Positions 12,634-25,020 of a stretch of DNA of 64,000 bases are shown piece by piece. The notes below the pieces were generated by a model. That model had not been told where the DNA came from and did no database searches. It saw nothing but the letters and a program-made list of their open reading frames with translations. The stretch spans positions 14,322,001 to 14,386,000 of the forward strand of contig NC_088793.1 of assembly GCF_011386835.1 (NCBI RefSeq), written 5' to 3'. The translations under genes and the position numbers were made by a program. This stretch comes from Chrysemys picta bellii (lineage: Eukaryota). Each line of letters opens with the position of its first letter. Position 1 is the first letter of the stretch.

Positions 12634-14535
12634 TGGAGTCGATCTTGGCCTTCCCTTTTTAAAAGGGTGACTTCCTAGCCCTCATGGTAGCAGAGGGATG
12701 CTTGAAAAAGTGACTTCAGTGCACTCTGAAGGCCCTGAAACCAGGAAGCAAATGCTATGGTTGGCTTAAAAAAGTCTCGTTATTTTGCGGGCCTGACTTG
12801 TGATTTTTGAGCATTTGGTGTTGGTGGTGCTGTAGTATAGAGGATCACTGTTCGGAAACTCTTACCAGTGAAATGAGTAGAGATACAAGACAGATTGGTT
12901 TTGTTAAGGTGTGTTCCTTTCTTCTGGCTGAGAGTACGTTGATGAAGGACTATGTAGAAATGTGGGTGGGGGGAGATCCCCCTCGTTCAGGGACCAGATT
13001 TGGCCCTTGGCGGGTGATCGTGCTCCCATTCAGTCAGGTGCATGCACTTGAGGACTGAATGCGGCCCTGCATTGTGAAGGATGCTGGGCATGACTATCCC
13101 TTTGCAACAATGTAGTGACTTGCACAGGAAAACGTTAGCCTTGATTCTCTCGCATTGTGCCTGCTCTCCACAATATCCTCCCCATTGTAACTTACTGCAG
13201 CTCAGCGAATGCCTGGTGTTTCTCTCCACCTGCGTAGACAGGGTGGGGGAACTGGCTTCTCCACAACATGTTCTCCACCCCCAAGAGACTGTCCCAGGCA
13301 TGCAGTGACCTTTGGACTCGAGTCAGGAGTAGGCGGGGCAGAGGACAGAGCTGGGAAGCAGCCACTGAAGCCATGAGTGGATTTCTCTCTCTAAGGCTGT
13401 GACTCCCGAGTCCATAGTGGTGAAAGGTTAATGCGCTCGCTCCCCTCCCACCTACCTCAGGAGGGACCAGCTGCCATGGGCAGGGTTGTGGGTAGGGAAA
13501 CCCCAGGGCTGTCCTTCTATCCGCTTTGTTGTGCTCGGCTCTCTTTGCTGACCCTTGGGGATTTGCCAGTTGCCTCCTCCCCGCCATCCCGCTCTCCAAG
13601 TTGCGCACCCTTCCATTGTAGAGGGAGCCTGGCTCCAACCTTGTCAGGATCTCCTTGGTAAGTCGTTTCCTTTACTGGGGGGGGGGGGGAAGCATCAAGC
13701 ACCTAACTCCTCACTAAACCACCGTCGCTGTTTTTCTTCCCTGCCCCCCGTCATCACTCCATGCACTGCAACTCATGCCAGCGGCCGGGACTTGGGCAGT
13801 ATTCTATCTGGCAATGAGCAGATCCTGCATTTGATCAAGATGAGGCTCAGAGGGAATCGCGCCGTCTAACTGATTCCATTAACTTCTCTCCTGCCCTTGG
13901 CTTTATTTTTCAGAGTGTCTGGGGGTAATGTTTTCAAAAACACCTCAGTCACTTAGGAGCCTTTGAAAATGTTGCCCTAGACGTCTCCTTTGGGTCTCTC
14001 TATTCCTGGGCAGACAAGGAGCTGTCCTTCAGAAGCAGCTCCGTGTTGCTGTTTCACTGTGCAATGGCACCGCTAATCCACTGTCCCTTCCACCAGCTTG
14101 TTTTCTGAATGCCATTTCCAGAAATATAACCCCGAATCCCAGCAGCTCCTGTTCTTCACTGCTGGCGTCTGGCCTCCAACCCAGGTGTTGCTCTAACACC
14201 GTCTCTCTGCATACTGAGCTCTGCAGAGTTTGAGGCTGTTCTTCACACAACCCTCTTCCCGGCCTCCTAATGGCTGTGTCCTGAACCTGATGCAGAAGTC
14301 TTTTCTGGACTGGCGTCAGGAGTGACGTATGTTCTTATTTTTGAACTGCTATTCGGCCACCCACGCCTTGTCCTCCTACATCCTCTGCTAACCACAAGCT
14401 CTTAACCTCAATCTGCCAGTGACAAAGGACGTTGGTGGCCCTAATAAAATGAGGAACACCCCGCAGCACAACAGGAAGGCTGGAACGCTGGGAGAGTCAT
14501 AGAAGCAGTTCAGTCTGATTTAAAGAAAATGTTAA

Positions 14536-14716
14536 GGGGGAGGGAGAGCTCAGTGGTTTGAGCATTGGTCTGCTAAACCCAGGGTTGTGAGTTCAATCCT
14601 TGAGGGGGCCATTTAGGGATCTGGGGCAAAAATCTGTCAGGGGATTGGTCCTGCATTGAGCAGGGGATTGGACTAGATGACCTCCTGAGGTCCCTTCCAA
14701 CCATGATATTCTATGA
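14536..14716 (+). mobile_element. Tortoise-type tRNA-derived PolIII SINE
   Basis: A box AGCTCAGTGGT, B box GAGTTCAATCC, CR1-derived tail GGACTAGATGACCTCCTGAGGTCCCTTCCAAC...TTCTATGA. Confidence 0.92.
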
Positions 14717-15246
14717 GTCAGCACTCTGGAATAATTTCCACTGGCAAGCAGTAAGTCTGCATTGAACAAGTGCTAAATTTGGGTCTAAAACGAAGTGACA
14801 TCCCTTCTGACTAGGTAGCGATGGTACAGAGATGCTTAGCTCTGCTCAAGTCTCCTGTTGGATCCTTGTCTTAGGTGGATGGTTGCCCCCACATATCATC
14901 TCCCAATACTTAGGGACTGCTTATCTCTGCACTTGAACCTGTCGAGTGACGGTCCTAGCAGGTGGTATTGATGCTCCCAGAAGCATTCTTCGGATAGATT
15001 CCGTGCAGCCAGGATTGCATCTAACTACTGGTGCGTTTTCCCTCCCCATGACACAGCCACAGTTGCATCCTTTATATAAGCAATTGAAAATGCTTAAATT
15101 GTAAAACAGACCCTACCTCAAAAACTTTGCGTACTACTGAATATCAGCAATGGTGCTACTGCTTGGATACCTAATCACATCAGTATTCCTAACTGTTTTG
15201 CACTATATGCCACAGTGAGGTGTTGTTCCTTTTTGCTTTCTTTCAG

Positions 15247-16544
15247 GCTCTGCGGCTCTGGTCATCTATTACAGTCTGCTACACCCCAAATCCACAGAGA
15301 TCTGGCAGAGTTTCCTGAAGAAATCTTGCAGCATCACAGCTGCAAAGTATAACGGGACAGAAGGATCCACTTTCCGGTCCGTAAACGAAGCTGGGGAGAG
15401 CTTTGGAATTTCAGGTCAGGGGGACATTGTCTCTTCAAATGCAGAAGTCTCGAAGGTGGTGCATACCAGGCCTGCTTCTAGAGCACACAGTGAGACCTCA
15501 CTTGGAGAACTTGACGGTCATACTTCTGTGAAAGACACCTGGGTGAACCATCATCATTGGCTGTTGGTAAAGCTAGCCTTGAAAACTGGGGATATGTCCA
15601 AGATCAACGCAGCCTTTGGAGATGGTGGAATTGGGGAGCTTTACCCTTCAGGATGGGTGGCAAGCAAACACTGCAGTGCCATGCTTGGGCCGAAGACCAA
15701 ACTTGGCTTTTCTTCGGTGGGAAAATGCCCTGGAACCCCTAAAGCCAGAGTGGTAGGACAGAGACTTCAGGCAGAAGAGAACAGCACTGGAGAAAGCCTG
15801 AGCAAGAAGGAGACTACTTACGTCACTCTAGCAAGCAGCGAACACAACATGTGCTCTGTTAGAACAATGCCAACCCTGCAAGAGGAGCACAGGCCAACAC
15901 CAAAGGCCCCTGACTGCACAGACTCGACGAGCAGACGTGAAGCTCAGGCAGACAAAGCGGGAGGCATGTCTGCTCCTCTGACTCCAAACAGCAGTGCCAA
16001 CGGCAGCACTGACTTGGAAGCTGTTGTGGAGCACCCAGAAGGGACAGCTCAGATGCACGAGAGTCCAACTCTGTACTTCAGTGCCAATGCAGAGGCCACT
16101 GCATCTCTGAACGGAGGTGGGGGAGCAGCCAGCTGTGTGGCTGATGGCCTTGTGGAGCTGGTGGAGGACAGCAGGCTCAAGCCTGTACCAGACAACATCG
16201 TAGGTAAAGGAGAGGGCTTCCCCATTACCATGGCTAATATCAGTCCAATCCTGGGTGTTGGCACTCCTGGCTTTCTGCAGAGCCGTCCGTCCCTCTGCTG
16301 CACCAGTCAGTGCAGTGCACTGAGTTCATCCGAGGAGACCTCGGAGTTCACGGAGCAAGCACAGTGCCACCACTGGGGAACCGCGTCCCTTGGGACTTGG
16401 GTTGCTGCTGTGAAGAGGAGACTACGGCCAGCTGAGGAACCATGCTACACGTCCACTCCCAAGACTGACCCCCCCAGCCAGGACTGCAGGTTGAGGGAGG
16501 CAAAGGAGAGGACGAAACTGACGGGATTGATGGAGCAATTGTAA
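15247..16544 (+). CDS. XKR5: XKR5 terminal coding exon (last TM segment + long cytoplasmic tail), stop TAA 16542-16544
   Basis: tttcAG acceptor; one open frame GSAALVIYYSLLHPKSTEIW...NHHHWLLVKLALKTGDMSKINAAFGD...TLYFSA...TMANISPILG...PCYTSTPK, all motifs recognisable in human XKR5. Confidence 0.95.
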
Positions 16545-17775
16545 TGGAGTGAGACTAAATTAACCAGCTGGGGCCGTGTGTTTGGTGTCCAATCCAGTCC
16601 TCTGACATCTTGTTAATAATTTACTCTTAAGTCTCCATAGGAGCATACAGCTCCAGTTCTTGTCTGTCTGGAGCTCTAACCTTTTCCTCCTGCTGGGGGT
16701 ACATTGCTAGATTCCTCCTTCCTGCACCCACGTACTGTATCATGCAGAGTAGCTCCCCAGTTGTGTGCTGTCTCTTACCACTCCTGCTAGAGTCCAACTC
16801 TGGAGCTGTGCGCTTGCTCCATCTGAAATGGCCCTGGTCTTCTGCAATCTGGGGACATGATGCATAGTAAATTGGCAGTAGCAGAACCTGCTGTAAGTAG
16901 TGGGGCAACGATTCTGCTGCTTAACGGAGGTTGTGACGATAGTACTTGGGTATGTTTGGGGTTCTGTGGGTGGGCCAGGAGGGGTGTTCCATTAGATGTG
17001 AAATCCTGCGATGGCAGGCATTCACTGGAATGGGCAAGGGACTGTCTCAGGGGACTAACACTGGGCTACAGAATCTTCTGCTGCTCGGGCATGAGAGCAT
17101 ATCCAGCACCAGACATGATTTTCAGTCACTTTTACAGCTTAAAAGTGCATCAAAGCAAAAGTGCCAACGTTTTTCTAATGCATTGACTGCTTGGGAAAGG
17201 AGGGGGGGTTGATGGAAAACGGGCCGAGTGTCTTCCACAGAGCATGCTAGCAATGCCAGCGGATACGACGAATGCCAGAGACCCTCTCTGCCTGGCTCTG
17301 ACTCTAGGGCTGAGGCTGCAGCAGTAGGAACTGTAGTCTCCTCTATGATGGCCTAGCTCTGCAGCCAAGGGAAGGTACAGATGTTAAATCGGGCATTTAA
17401 AGATCTTACTAAGCAACTAAAGCATGGGGCCTCTTACGTATTTGTGACAATGTCTTGAAACTCGGCCATTAGCAGCCATCCTTCCAGAGGGTTATTTCCC
17501 CAGCTGCTTGCTTCTCCCCACCTTGGAGGAACAGCTGCTGGCTGGGTGGTTTTTGTATCTTGACCTCTGCCCGAAGCCAGAGTCTTTCCCTTTCCGGGCA
17601 AACACGAGTTCACAACCAGGCACCGTGATCTTCCCTTCTAGGGTGGGGAGGGCCGACCAATCCCTGCTGCAGGGTTCAGGGGGCCTTTGCCTCCAGGGGA
17701 CTTTTTCACCTCCACTTCCAGGTGGCACCATGAAGGAGCCCCGCTCCTCTTTCTACTCCAGGCTGAAGCCCCTCA

Positions 17776-18053
17776 GGGTATGTTTACACTGCAGCTGGGT
17801 GAGCTCCCAGCCCAGGTAGACAGACTTGCACTAGCTCGGCTTGAGCGAGGGTGCTAGAAATAGCAGTGTGGACGTTGTGATTCCAGTAGAGACTCAGGCT
17901 GGCCACGTGAGCTCAGATCCAGTAGAGCCTGAGTTGCTGCCCAAGTCGCAGTGTCCACACTGCTATTTTTAGCGCACTAGCTGAAGCCCAGCTGGCGTGA
18001 GTCTGCCTGCCCAAGCTGGGGGGCTCGCTCCCAGCTGCAGTGTAGACATACTC
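17776..18053. mobile_element. PIF/Harbinger-like MITE downstream of the XKR5 stop codon
   Basis: TIR GGGTATGTTTACACTGCAGCTGG / CCAGCTGCAGTGTAGACATACTC; 3-bp flanks TCA/TAA. Confidence 0.75.
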
Positions 18054-19529
18054 TAAATCAGGAGCAGAATCCTGCCTGTCACAGAGCCGCTTCCTACGCT
18101 GGCCTCTGCTCAGGCTTTCTCTCCAGCCTTCTTGCAGTCCTCCACCCAACTGCTCCATCTCCAGGCCTCTTTCCCCGCTCCCTAGGGAAGGCTTTACTCC
18201 AGATCTTGCTTCAATCCTGCTGTCTCCCAGACTGAGCACAGAGCTTGCCTGCCCCCAATTCAAACCAGGGCTGACTTCCCGCTTGGTCACGTGATCCGTC
18301 AGGGGAAACTGAGGGGCTGAGCCTTGGAGCAGAGGTGGCTGCACCTACGCGTTCCCTTAAAGGGACACACTGCACTACAGCTCAGAGGGCTGGTCAGCAA
18401 GCTGCTGGCTTGGCTCACAGTCTGTAGTGTGCCAGTATCCAGCGCACAGACACAGAGAACAGGGTGAATAAATGGCCCCCCAAAATGTCCTTGCTATGTC
18501 TGAGCATTCCGTTAAAATGGATGGTTTGTCAGTTCCAGGCAGTGACTCCAGCCCAGCTGAAGCAGGAACAGAAAACAGGTGGGGATGGAATTGGGCGTTT
18601 CTTAGCTTAGCCAGAACAATAATGTTTGGAGTCATTTATTTCAAGCCCAGGCAAATTCATTTCCTTCCTCGTTTAACAAAAGAAGTGAAGTCACATTGGT
18701 CTTTGAGCACTATCCCACTCGTATTGACTACACCTGGCAGAATTGTCCTGCTGTGCCGCTAACATGGCCTGCTGCCAAGGAGGAGAGCCGTGATTTACTG
18801 ACCAGGCGAACAATCAGTAAAAGCTGCCTTCCCTATTTTGATTGAGTTTTAACAGCTTGGACATGCCTAGTTGGGCAGGTTTCACAAGATGGATTTTCAT
18901 GTATTTAACTAACGCTTGGGTGCTAATGTCACACTGAAGCTAGTTTCCAGTGTAACTAACTCGGGATTGTATTTTTTTATGACTATACAATAGCATTTTG
19001 GATGTGCTTGGTATGGAAAGAGACAGTTGTAATGAGTTCTAATCTCACTAACTACATCAGCAGATATATTCTGGAGGCACTGTAGTGGCTCCATTCTTCA
19101 GCTTTTATTACGCTTTTACCTTGGACAGTATCTCTGACTGACTGGTGTTTTAAAAACCACGAAAAGTAACAGATCCTGTCTGAATTTTTGGATGTGCTGT
19201 GTTAACTGAGGGGTGCTCAAGGGACAAAATATATCTCCAAAAATGTAATTTGGGCTGCTCTGTCTCACCTTTGGAAAACAAAGCCACTGCAGAGCTTTAC
19301 AGCAAACAACAACTAATGGCAGCTCTGATGCAAATACACGGTCGTTCCATTTCCATTGTAGAAAAGAGGAAAAAAGTTATTTGTCCCTAAACACAAAAGA
19401 GTCACACCTAGAATAGCCAATGAAGGTCTCCGCCTTGATTCAATGTGTCTTATTTCTGGTTAGAGCAGGCTCAAAAAGCAGAAAACAATATTGAGACAAG
19501 CTCAGGTTTTAGATTCCATTTTATTTTTG

Positions 19530-19760
19530 ACAGGTTTCAGAGTAGCAGCCGTGTTAGTCTGTATCCGCAAAAAGAAGAACAGGAGTACTTGTGGCACCTT
19601 AGAGACTAACAAATTTATTAGAGCATAAGCTTTCGTGGACTACAGCCCACTTCTTCGGATGCATATAGCTATGCATCCGAAGAAGTGGGCTGTAGTCCAC
19701 GAAAGCTTATGCTCTAATAAATGTGTTAGTCTCTAAGGTGCCACAAGTACTCCTGTTCTT
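19530..19760. mobile_element. Penelope-like pLTR remnant, near-perfect palindrome
   Basis: 92-bp arms 19574-19665 and 19670-19761 (1 mismatch), 4-nt loop; 13-bp direct repeat CATTTTATTTTTG at 19517-19529 and 19761-19773. Confidence 0.8.
19673..19712 (+). ncRNA. Minimal type-I hammerhead ribozyme motif (mirror copy on - strand at 19623-19662)
   Basis: GCAU-CCGAAGA-A-GUGGGC-UGUA-GUCCAC-GAA-AGCU-U-AUGC: stems I and II pair, palindromic stem III, core differs from CUGANGA by U4C. Confidence 0.65.
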
Positions 19761-20061
19761 CATTTTATTTTTGTCCATTTTTGATACGTGCTGATTGGTT
19801 TGGTTTGGTTTCGCAAAACAACCTTCTTTTGTTTGAGAAATTCAGCCGTTCTCACGCTGACATTTTGCCCCAGAAAAGGAAATGCGAGTGTGACCATGTT
19901 GAACCGTTCAGCCAGAGTCACTCTCAATGAGGAGAAAGGAGGTTTTGCAGGGAGCTCTCCTGCATCACACAACTTCCCCCTGCCCAACCAGGCTAATGAA
20001 ATGGAGGGGTGATGGAAATGGGTGTGGCTGCATCTCCTGCAGCCTAGGGAAGCATGGAGAA

Positions 20062-20260
20062 TCAGCCGCAGGGTTAGAGCACTTGCCTAGGGCTTGAGAG
20101 CTGGGTTCAATTCCCTTCTCTGCCACAGACTTTTTGTGTGGCCTTAAGCAACTCACTTAGTCTCTCAGTGCCTCAGTTCCCCATCTGTAAATGGAGATAA
20201 CAGTACAACCCTTAGAGTTTACTGTGCTCAGATACTACTAGAGTGATGGGAGCCAGATGA
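20062..20260 (+). mobile_element. MIR-like CORE-SINE
   Basis: tRNA-like head GGGTTCAATTCCC and core GTGCCTCAGTTCCCCATCTGTAAATGG. Similar copies at ~314, 8255, 20935, 29400, 31330, 39862, 41545, 45700, 49185, 50110, 54085, 54840. Confidence 0.75.
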
Positions 20261-21403
20261 GTATCTTAAGTATAGCCAGAGGCCTGTGCTCCTCCCTGGG
20301 GGCCGAGGGGGGAGCATATTGCTCTAGTTGCAGGCAAAGCCAAGGTGGGTGCCTGCAGCCGCTGTGAAGGGAGCTTGGAGGTCAGCGAGGGGTAGGAATG
20401 TGGGTGGGAACTTGGGAAAGTCACTTAGCCCTACTAGACTCCAGTTGATATTGCCATCATATCTACTTCACAGTGAGGATCCATAATGTGCTTAAAATCC
20501 CCCCTGCTGAACTGTGTAATCTAGTGAAAGCGTGACAAGCTGCATGTAAGAGGTCTGCTGGATTCCAGGCCCAGCTGGACCTTCAAACAAAAAGCCAACA
20601 CGCATATTGTGTGGCAACATGAACCGTCCTCAGCTGGACAAAAGCAAGGAGAGCTGGAGGTAAGCCGGATTCTAGCTTAGCTCTGCTGTATTTAAATAAT
20701 GCAGCCATTGACTGATTTTCTGTGCAACGACTGCCGGGGACACCCCAGAGGGAGTTAATGCATGTGAGCCAATTTCATCCCAGCAGGGGTGACTGTGACC
20801 CAGTGTTTCTGCCTTAGTTCAGAATATCCTGGCTTTCCTAGATGAGTCGATGCACTCTATTTCAGCTACTTTTATAGCTCCCTTGACCCTAATGTCTGCC
20901 TTACACGCTATTAAGTATGTTTCACACAACGGCCTGGGGGTTAGGAAAGCACTGTATCCCAGGTTACAGGTAGGACACAGACACAGAGAGGCTAAGTAAC
21001 TTGCCTAAGGTCTCACACAAAGTCAGTGGCAGAGCAGGGACTTGAAAGCTCATGTCCCAAGTACTAGAATCCTGTCCTAACTGCTGGACCATCCTTTCTC
21101 ATCAGAGAACTGCCTTTATAAATCCCCCATGGGATTCATAGGAGGTTGGTGTCCACCTCCAGCTGGAGATCTGCCCCCCTTTACAGCACTGATATACTTT
21201 GTCCTTGTGGCTTGTACAGTGTGAATGGTTCTGCCACGCAGGGGATTCTGCTTTGTGTCAGGCTGGAGTTCACTTCACCAGCATCTTGCTACTGGGGAGA
21301 CTTCCAAAGGAACAGGTGGGAGCTAGGGACCCATCTCCCCCTGACTTGCAGTAGGAGCTGGGCTGCTTTGAAAATTCTCGCCCTTGTTTATTATTTATAT
21401 GTA

Positions 21404-22241
21404 CAGTAACTCCTCATTTAAAGTCGTCCCAGTTAATGTTGTTTCATTGTCACGTTGCTGATCAATTAGGGAACATGCTCGTTTAAAGTTGTGCAATGCT
21501 CCCTTCTAACGTCCTTTGGCAGCCTCCTGCTTTGTCTACTGCTTGCAGGAAGAGCAGCCGTTGCAGCGAGCTGGTGGGGGCTTGGAACAGGGTGGACCGG
21601 CAGCCCCCTATCAGCTCCCCTAAGTTCCCTGTGCTGCAGCTGCCTGCAGTTTAGCTGTGTCCCTCCCCCCACTGCCATGTTCTGCTCCTGCCCTCTGCCT
21701 TGGAGCTGCTCCCAGAGATTCCTGCTTGCTGGGGCGGGGGAGGGAAGGAAGAGGGGGGCTAATGTCAGGGTATCCCTCTGCCCCTGCACCCCGCTTACCC
21801 CATCTTCCATAGAGCAGGACTCAGCTGCGGTCTCAGCAAGCTGATCTAATTAACAAGGCACGGTACTTAAGGGAAATGCGCATCTATCCCTCCATTCCTG
21901 CTGCCTTGCAGAGTGAGAGAGTTAACTCTTGAGGGCTCAGCCAATTGCTAGTTCATCATTTAGCAGTAAGGGAAATATCCCACCTTCTGACTCCTCCACC
22001 TCAACCAAGCTTCACAATCATCATCACTGTGTACCAGTATTAAATTGTTTGTTTAAAACATATACTCTGTGTGTGTCTGTATATATATAATATAGTCTTT
22101 TGTCAGGTGAACAAAATTTCCCTGGAACCTAACCCCCTCATTTACATTAATTCTTATGGGGAATTGGATTCGCTTAACATCGTTTCACTTAAAGTCACAT
22201 TTTTCAGGAACATAACTACAACGTTAAGTGAGGCGTTACTG
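21404..22241. mobile_element. Tigger/pogo-like non-autonomous transposon
   Basis: TIR CAGTAACTCCTCATTTAA / TTAAGTGAGGCGTTACTG, TA duplication on both sides. Confidence 0.85.
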
Positions 22242-23320
22242 TATTACGGTAACGTACTCCCCCTCCCCCAGGGATGTGCTGGGTGCTGTACAAACACGTA
22301 TTTAAAAAACTGCCTCTGCCCGAAAGAACTTTCTGTCTAGGTTACAAGTAGATGAAACCCCGGGCTGAGGGGAAGATGGAGGATGCTCATGAAGCTTAAT
22401 CAGCCTGGTTTTAAAAGCTTGATGTGTGCAGAGTTAGGGGGAAGCAAAATACGCCCACACACACACCCCAGGCTGCAGCCCAGTCAATTCGTAGGTTTGA
22501 TCTACGGATGCAGCTTCTGTCCCAGTAGTGTGGGAGCCATGGGGTTGCCGGATCCATTGAATATTATAGCGTGAGCACCTTGGGGCAGGGACTGTGTGTG
22601 GTGTTGGTGATAAACAAAAAGATGTTCCCCTCTATCCCACAGGGGCTGACATGGAGCCCACTGTAACAGAGATCACCTGTCCACATGCCCCACCCACTGC
22701 CTCCTCCTTGGTGGAGGCCAAAGTTGGGACTTATATGGCTAGTGAGGATCTTGCCTGAATCTTTCATCCCAGGGTAGAATCACCTTTAAATGAAATGAGG
22801 AATACAGATAGTGAGCTGGGAAAATAACTGGTCCAGGACCTGACTTGTCTTCCCAGATGCACAGGGAACTCTCCTACCTGCGTGAGCGGGGACAGGCTGT
22901 CTCCTAGGGCTTAGTGTCTGCTGGGAGCCTGGCTGCATCGCCAGGAGAGCTTTCTCTGGGATTTCATTTCTTCTCAATGGAAATGTTTTCTGACCTTGCT
23001 CCAGCCTGCTTTGGCCTCTCATTGAAATCCAGGCTGCAACACCAGGGCTTTTCCTTCTTTCTGCTTGGTTGCTGTATATCCAAGGAAGTGTAAACGCTTG
23101 TCGGCACGGCACCCCAGAGCCTGAGCAAAGCCATTTTACTGAGGAGTTTGGTTTTTGGACACTCCCTTTCTGGGTTGCCAGGCTGAGGGATTTGCTGATG
23201 TCTCAGGGCGGCTTTCATCCATGGGGGCGCGTGGCAGGACCAATTTTGCAAACTCATCACTGAGCCTGTTGCTCGTTACTGTGAAATTAATGGGAATCGT
23301 CATGGTAGCATGCACTAAGG

Positions 23321-23759
23321 CAGGGGTGGCCAACCTGAGCCTGAGAAGAAGCCAGAATTTACCAATGTACATTGCCAAAGAGCCACAGTAATACGTCAGC
23401 AGCCCCCCAGCAGCTCCCCCGCCCCGCTCCCAGCGCCTCCCATCCACAGGCAGCCCCTGCCGATCAGTGTCTCCCCCTTCCTCCCCACACCTCCCAATCA
23501 GCTGTTTCGTGGCGTGCAGGAGGCTCAGAGGGGGGGGAGGAGGAGCGAGGACACTGCAGGCTTAGGGGAGGGGGCGGGAAGGAGTGGAGTGGGGGCAGGA
23601 CCTGTGGCAGAGCCAGGGGTAGAGCAGTGAGCAGCGCCCAGCATATTGAAAAGTTGGCGCCTGTAGCTCCAGACCCGGAGTTGGTGCCTATACAAGGAGC
23701 CGCATGTTAACTTTGGAAGAGTCACATGTGACTCCGGAGCCACAGGTTGGCCACTCCTG
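23321..23759. mobile_element. hAT-type MITE
   Basis: TIR CAGGGGTGGCCAACCTG / CAGGTTGGCCACTCCTG; TSD CACTAAGG/CACTAAGA. Confidence 0.88.
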
Positions 23760-23807
23760 CACTAAGAGCTGATACTGCCCTCTCTGCTCATGGTGAGTAG
23801 TGCCATA

Positions 23808-24503
23808 CAGGGCCGGCTCTAGGCACCAGCCGACCAAGCACGTGCTTGGGGCGGCACCTCAGAAGGGGCGGCCAATGTTGGGGTGGCGGGGGCCACTCGA
23901 GGTTTTTGTTTTGTCTGGGCAGCGCAGGGGTGTTTCCGCGGTGCAGCGCTGGGTGGGGGGGCGGGGGTTTGGGCGGCCCGGCGTGGCGCTCTTGGGGTTT
24001 GGCCGGCCTGGCCTGGCCCGGCGTTCCGGGGGTTTGGGCAGCCCGGCACGGCGCTCGGGGGTTTGGGCGGCCTGGCGTGGCACTCAGGGCGGGGGTTTGG
24101 GCGCCCCAGTGCGGCGCTCGGGGGTTTGGGCGGTGCGGCGTGGTGAAGCGCTGGGGGAAGACGGGGGTTTGGGTGGCCCAGCCCGGCGCTCCGGGGGTTT
24201 CGGCGGCTTGGCCCGGTGCTCCGGGGGTTTCGGCGGCCCGGCGCAGCACTGGGGCGGGGGTTTGAGCGGCCCGGCGCTTCAGGGATTTGGGTGGCCCGGC
24301 CCGGCACTGGGGGGGGGGAGTTGGGCGGCCTTGCGCGGCGCTGGTGGGGGATTTGGGCAGGTGTTTGGGCGGCCCGGCTCGGCGCTGGGAGGGGGGATGG
24401 GGGTTTCAGCGGCCTGGCGTAGCGCTCGGGTGGGGAGGGTGTTATGGCGGGGCGGCGCTCTTCTTTTTTGCCTGGGGTGGCAAAAAAGTTAGAGCCGGCC
24501 CTG
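23808..24503. mobile_element. hAT-type MITE carrying a CpG-rich minisatellite
   Basis: TIR CAGGGCCGGCTCT / AGAGCCGGCCCTG; perfect TSD GTGCCATA; internal ~28-30 nt repeats of the GCCCGGCGCGGCGCTCGGGGGTTTGGGCG type. Confidence 0.9.
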
Positions 24504-25020
24504 GTGCCATACTCTGCCGATAGCCAGCAGAATTCAGCCAGGGGTGTTTGCACAATTACACCCGAAGAAGGATCTCTTCATGCTTCAGTTGAACAGCCAC
24601 GTGCACACAGGGGACAGCATATCTGAAAAGGCACTGCCAGCCTTTTCGGCTCAATCCCATTCTGCAGCTTCAGTAGAGGATAACATTGCAGTGATGCTAC
24701 AGCCAAGGCGGGGGAAGCAACTGCATTCTATAGGAACGCCTCCCTTGCAATCACAGGGTGTGATAGCAGCTGGCATAGACATGTAGCTGGAGTATGGGAG
24801 TAGCAACATGAGCTGTACAAGCCTGCCAGGAATCCTGGCTAATTACTTGCAGGGCTAGCCGGTGCTGAAGCACATGCTGCCACAGCTTTGCTGCCTGCCG
24901 TAGCTTGAATAAAGCTAGCTCGGGTGCGGCCGCTCCAGCTGCAGTCATACCGAGTGATTGTAATGTAGACATACCCTATGCACAGCTGGCACTGGATCAA
25001 GCTCTTAGAACCAAACTCCC

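Noticed and set aside
14536-14610. tRNA-like sequence (also at 2870-2947 and 51576-51650)
   Set aside because: These are SINE heads fused to CR1-derived tails, not tRNA genes.
18467-18472. AATAAA as the XKR5 polyadenylation signal
   Set aside because: It is the first canonical hexamer noticed after the stop codon, but it cannot be supported without transcript data.
21491-21844. Cys-rich ORF with a hydrophobic N-terminus (defensin-like?)
   Set aside because: It lies wholly inside the Tigger-like element and lacks beta-defensin cysteine spacing.
23788-24553. Several overlapping 140-244 aa ORFs on both strands
   Set aside because: They are translations of a GC-rich minisatellite inside a TSD-flanked MITE: low-complexity P/G/R/A sequence with no splice or homology support.
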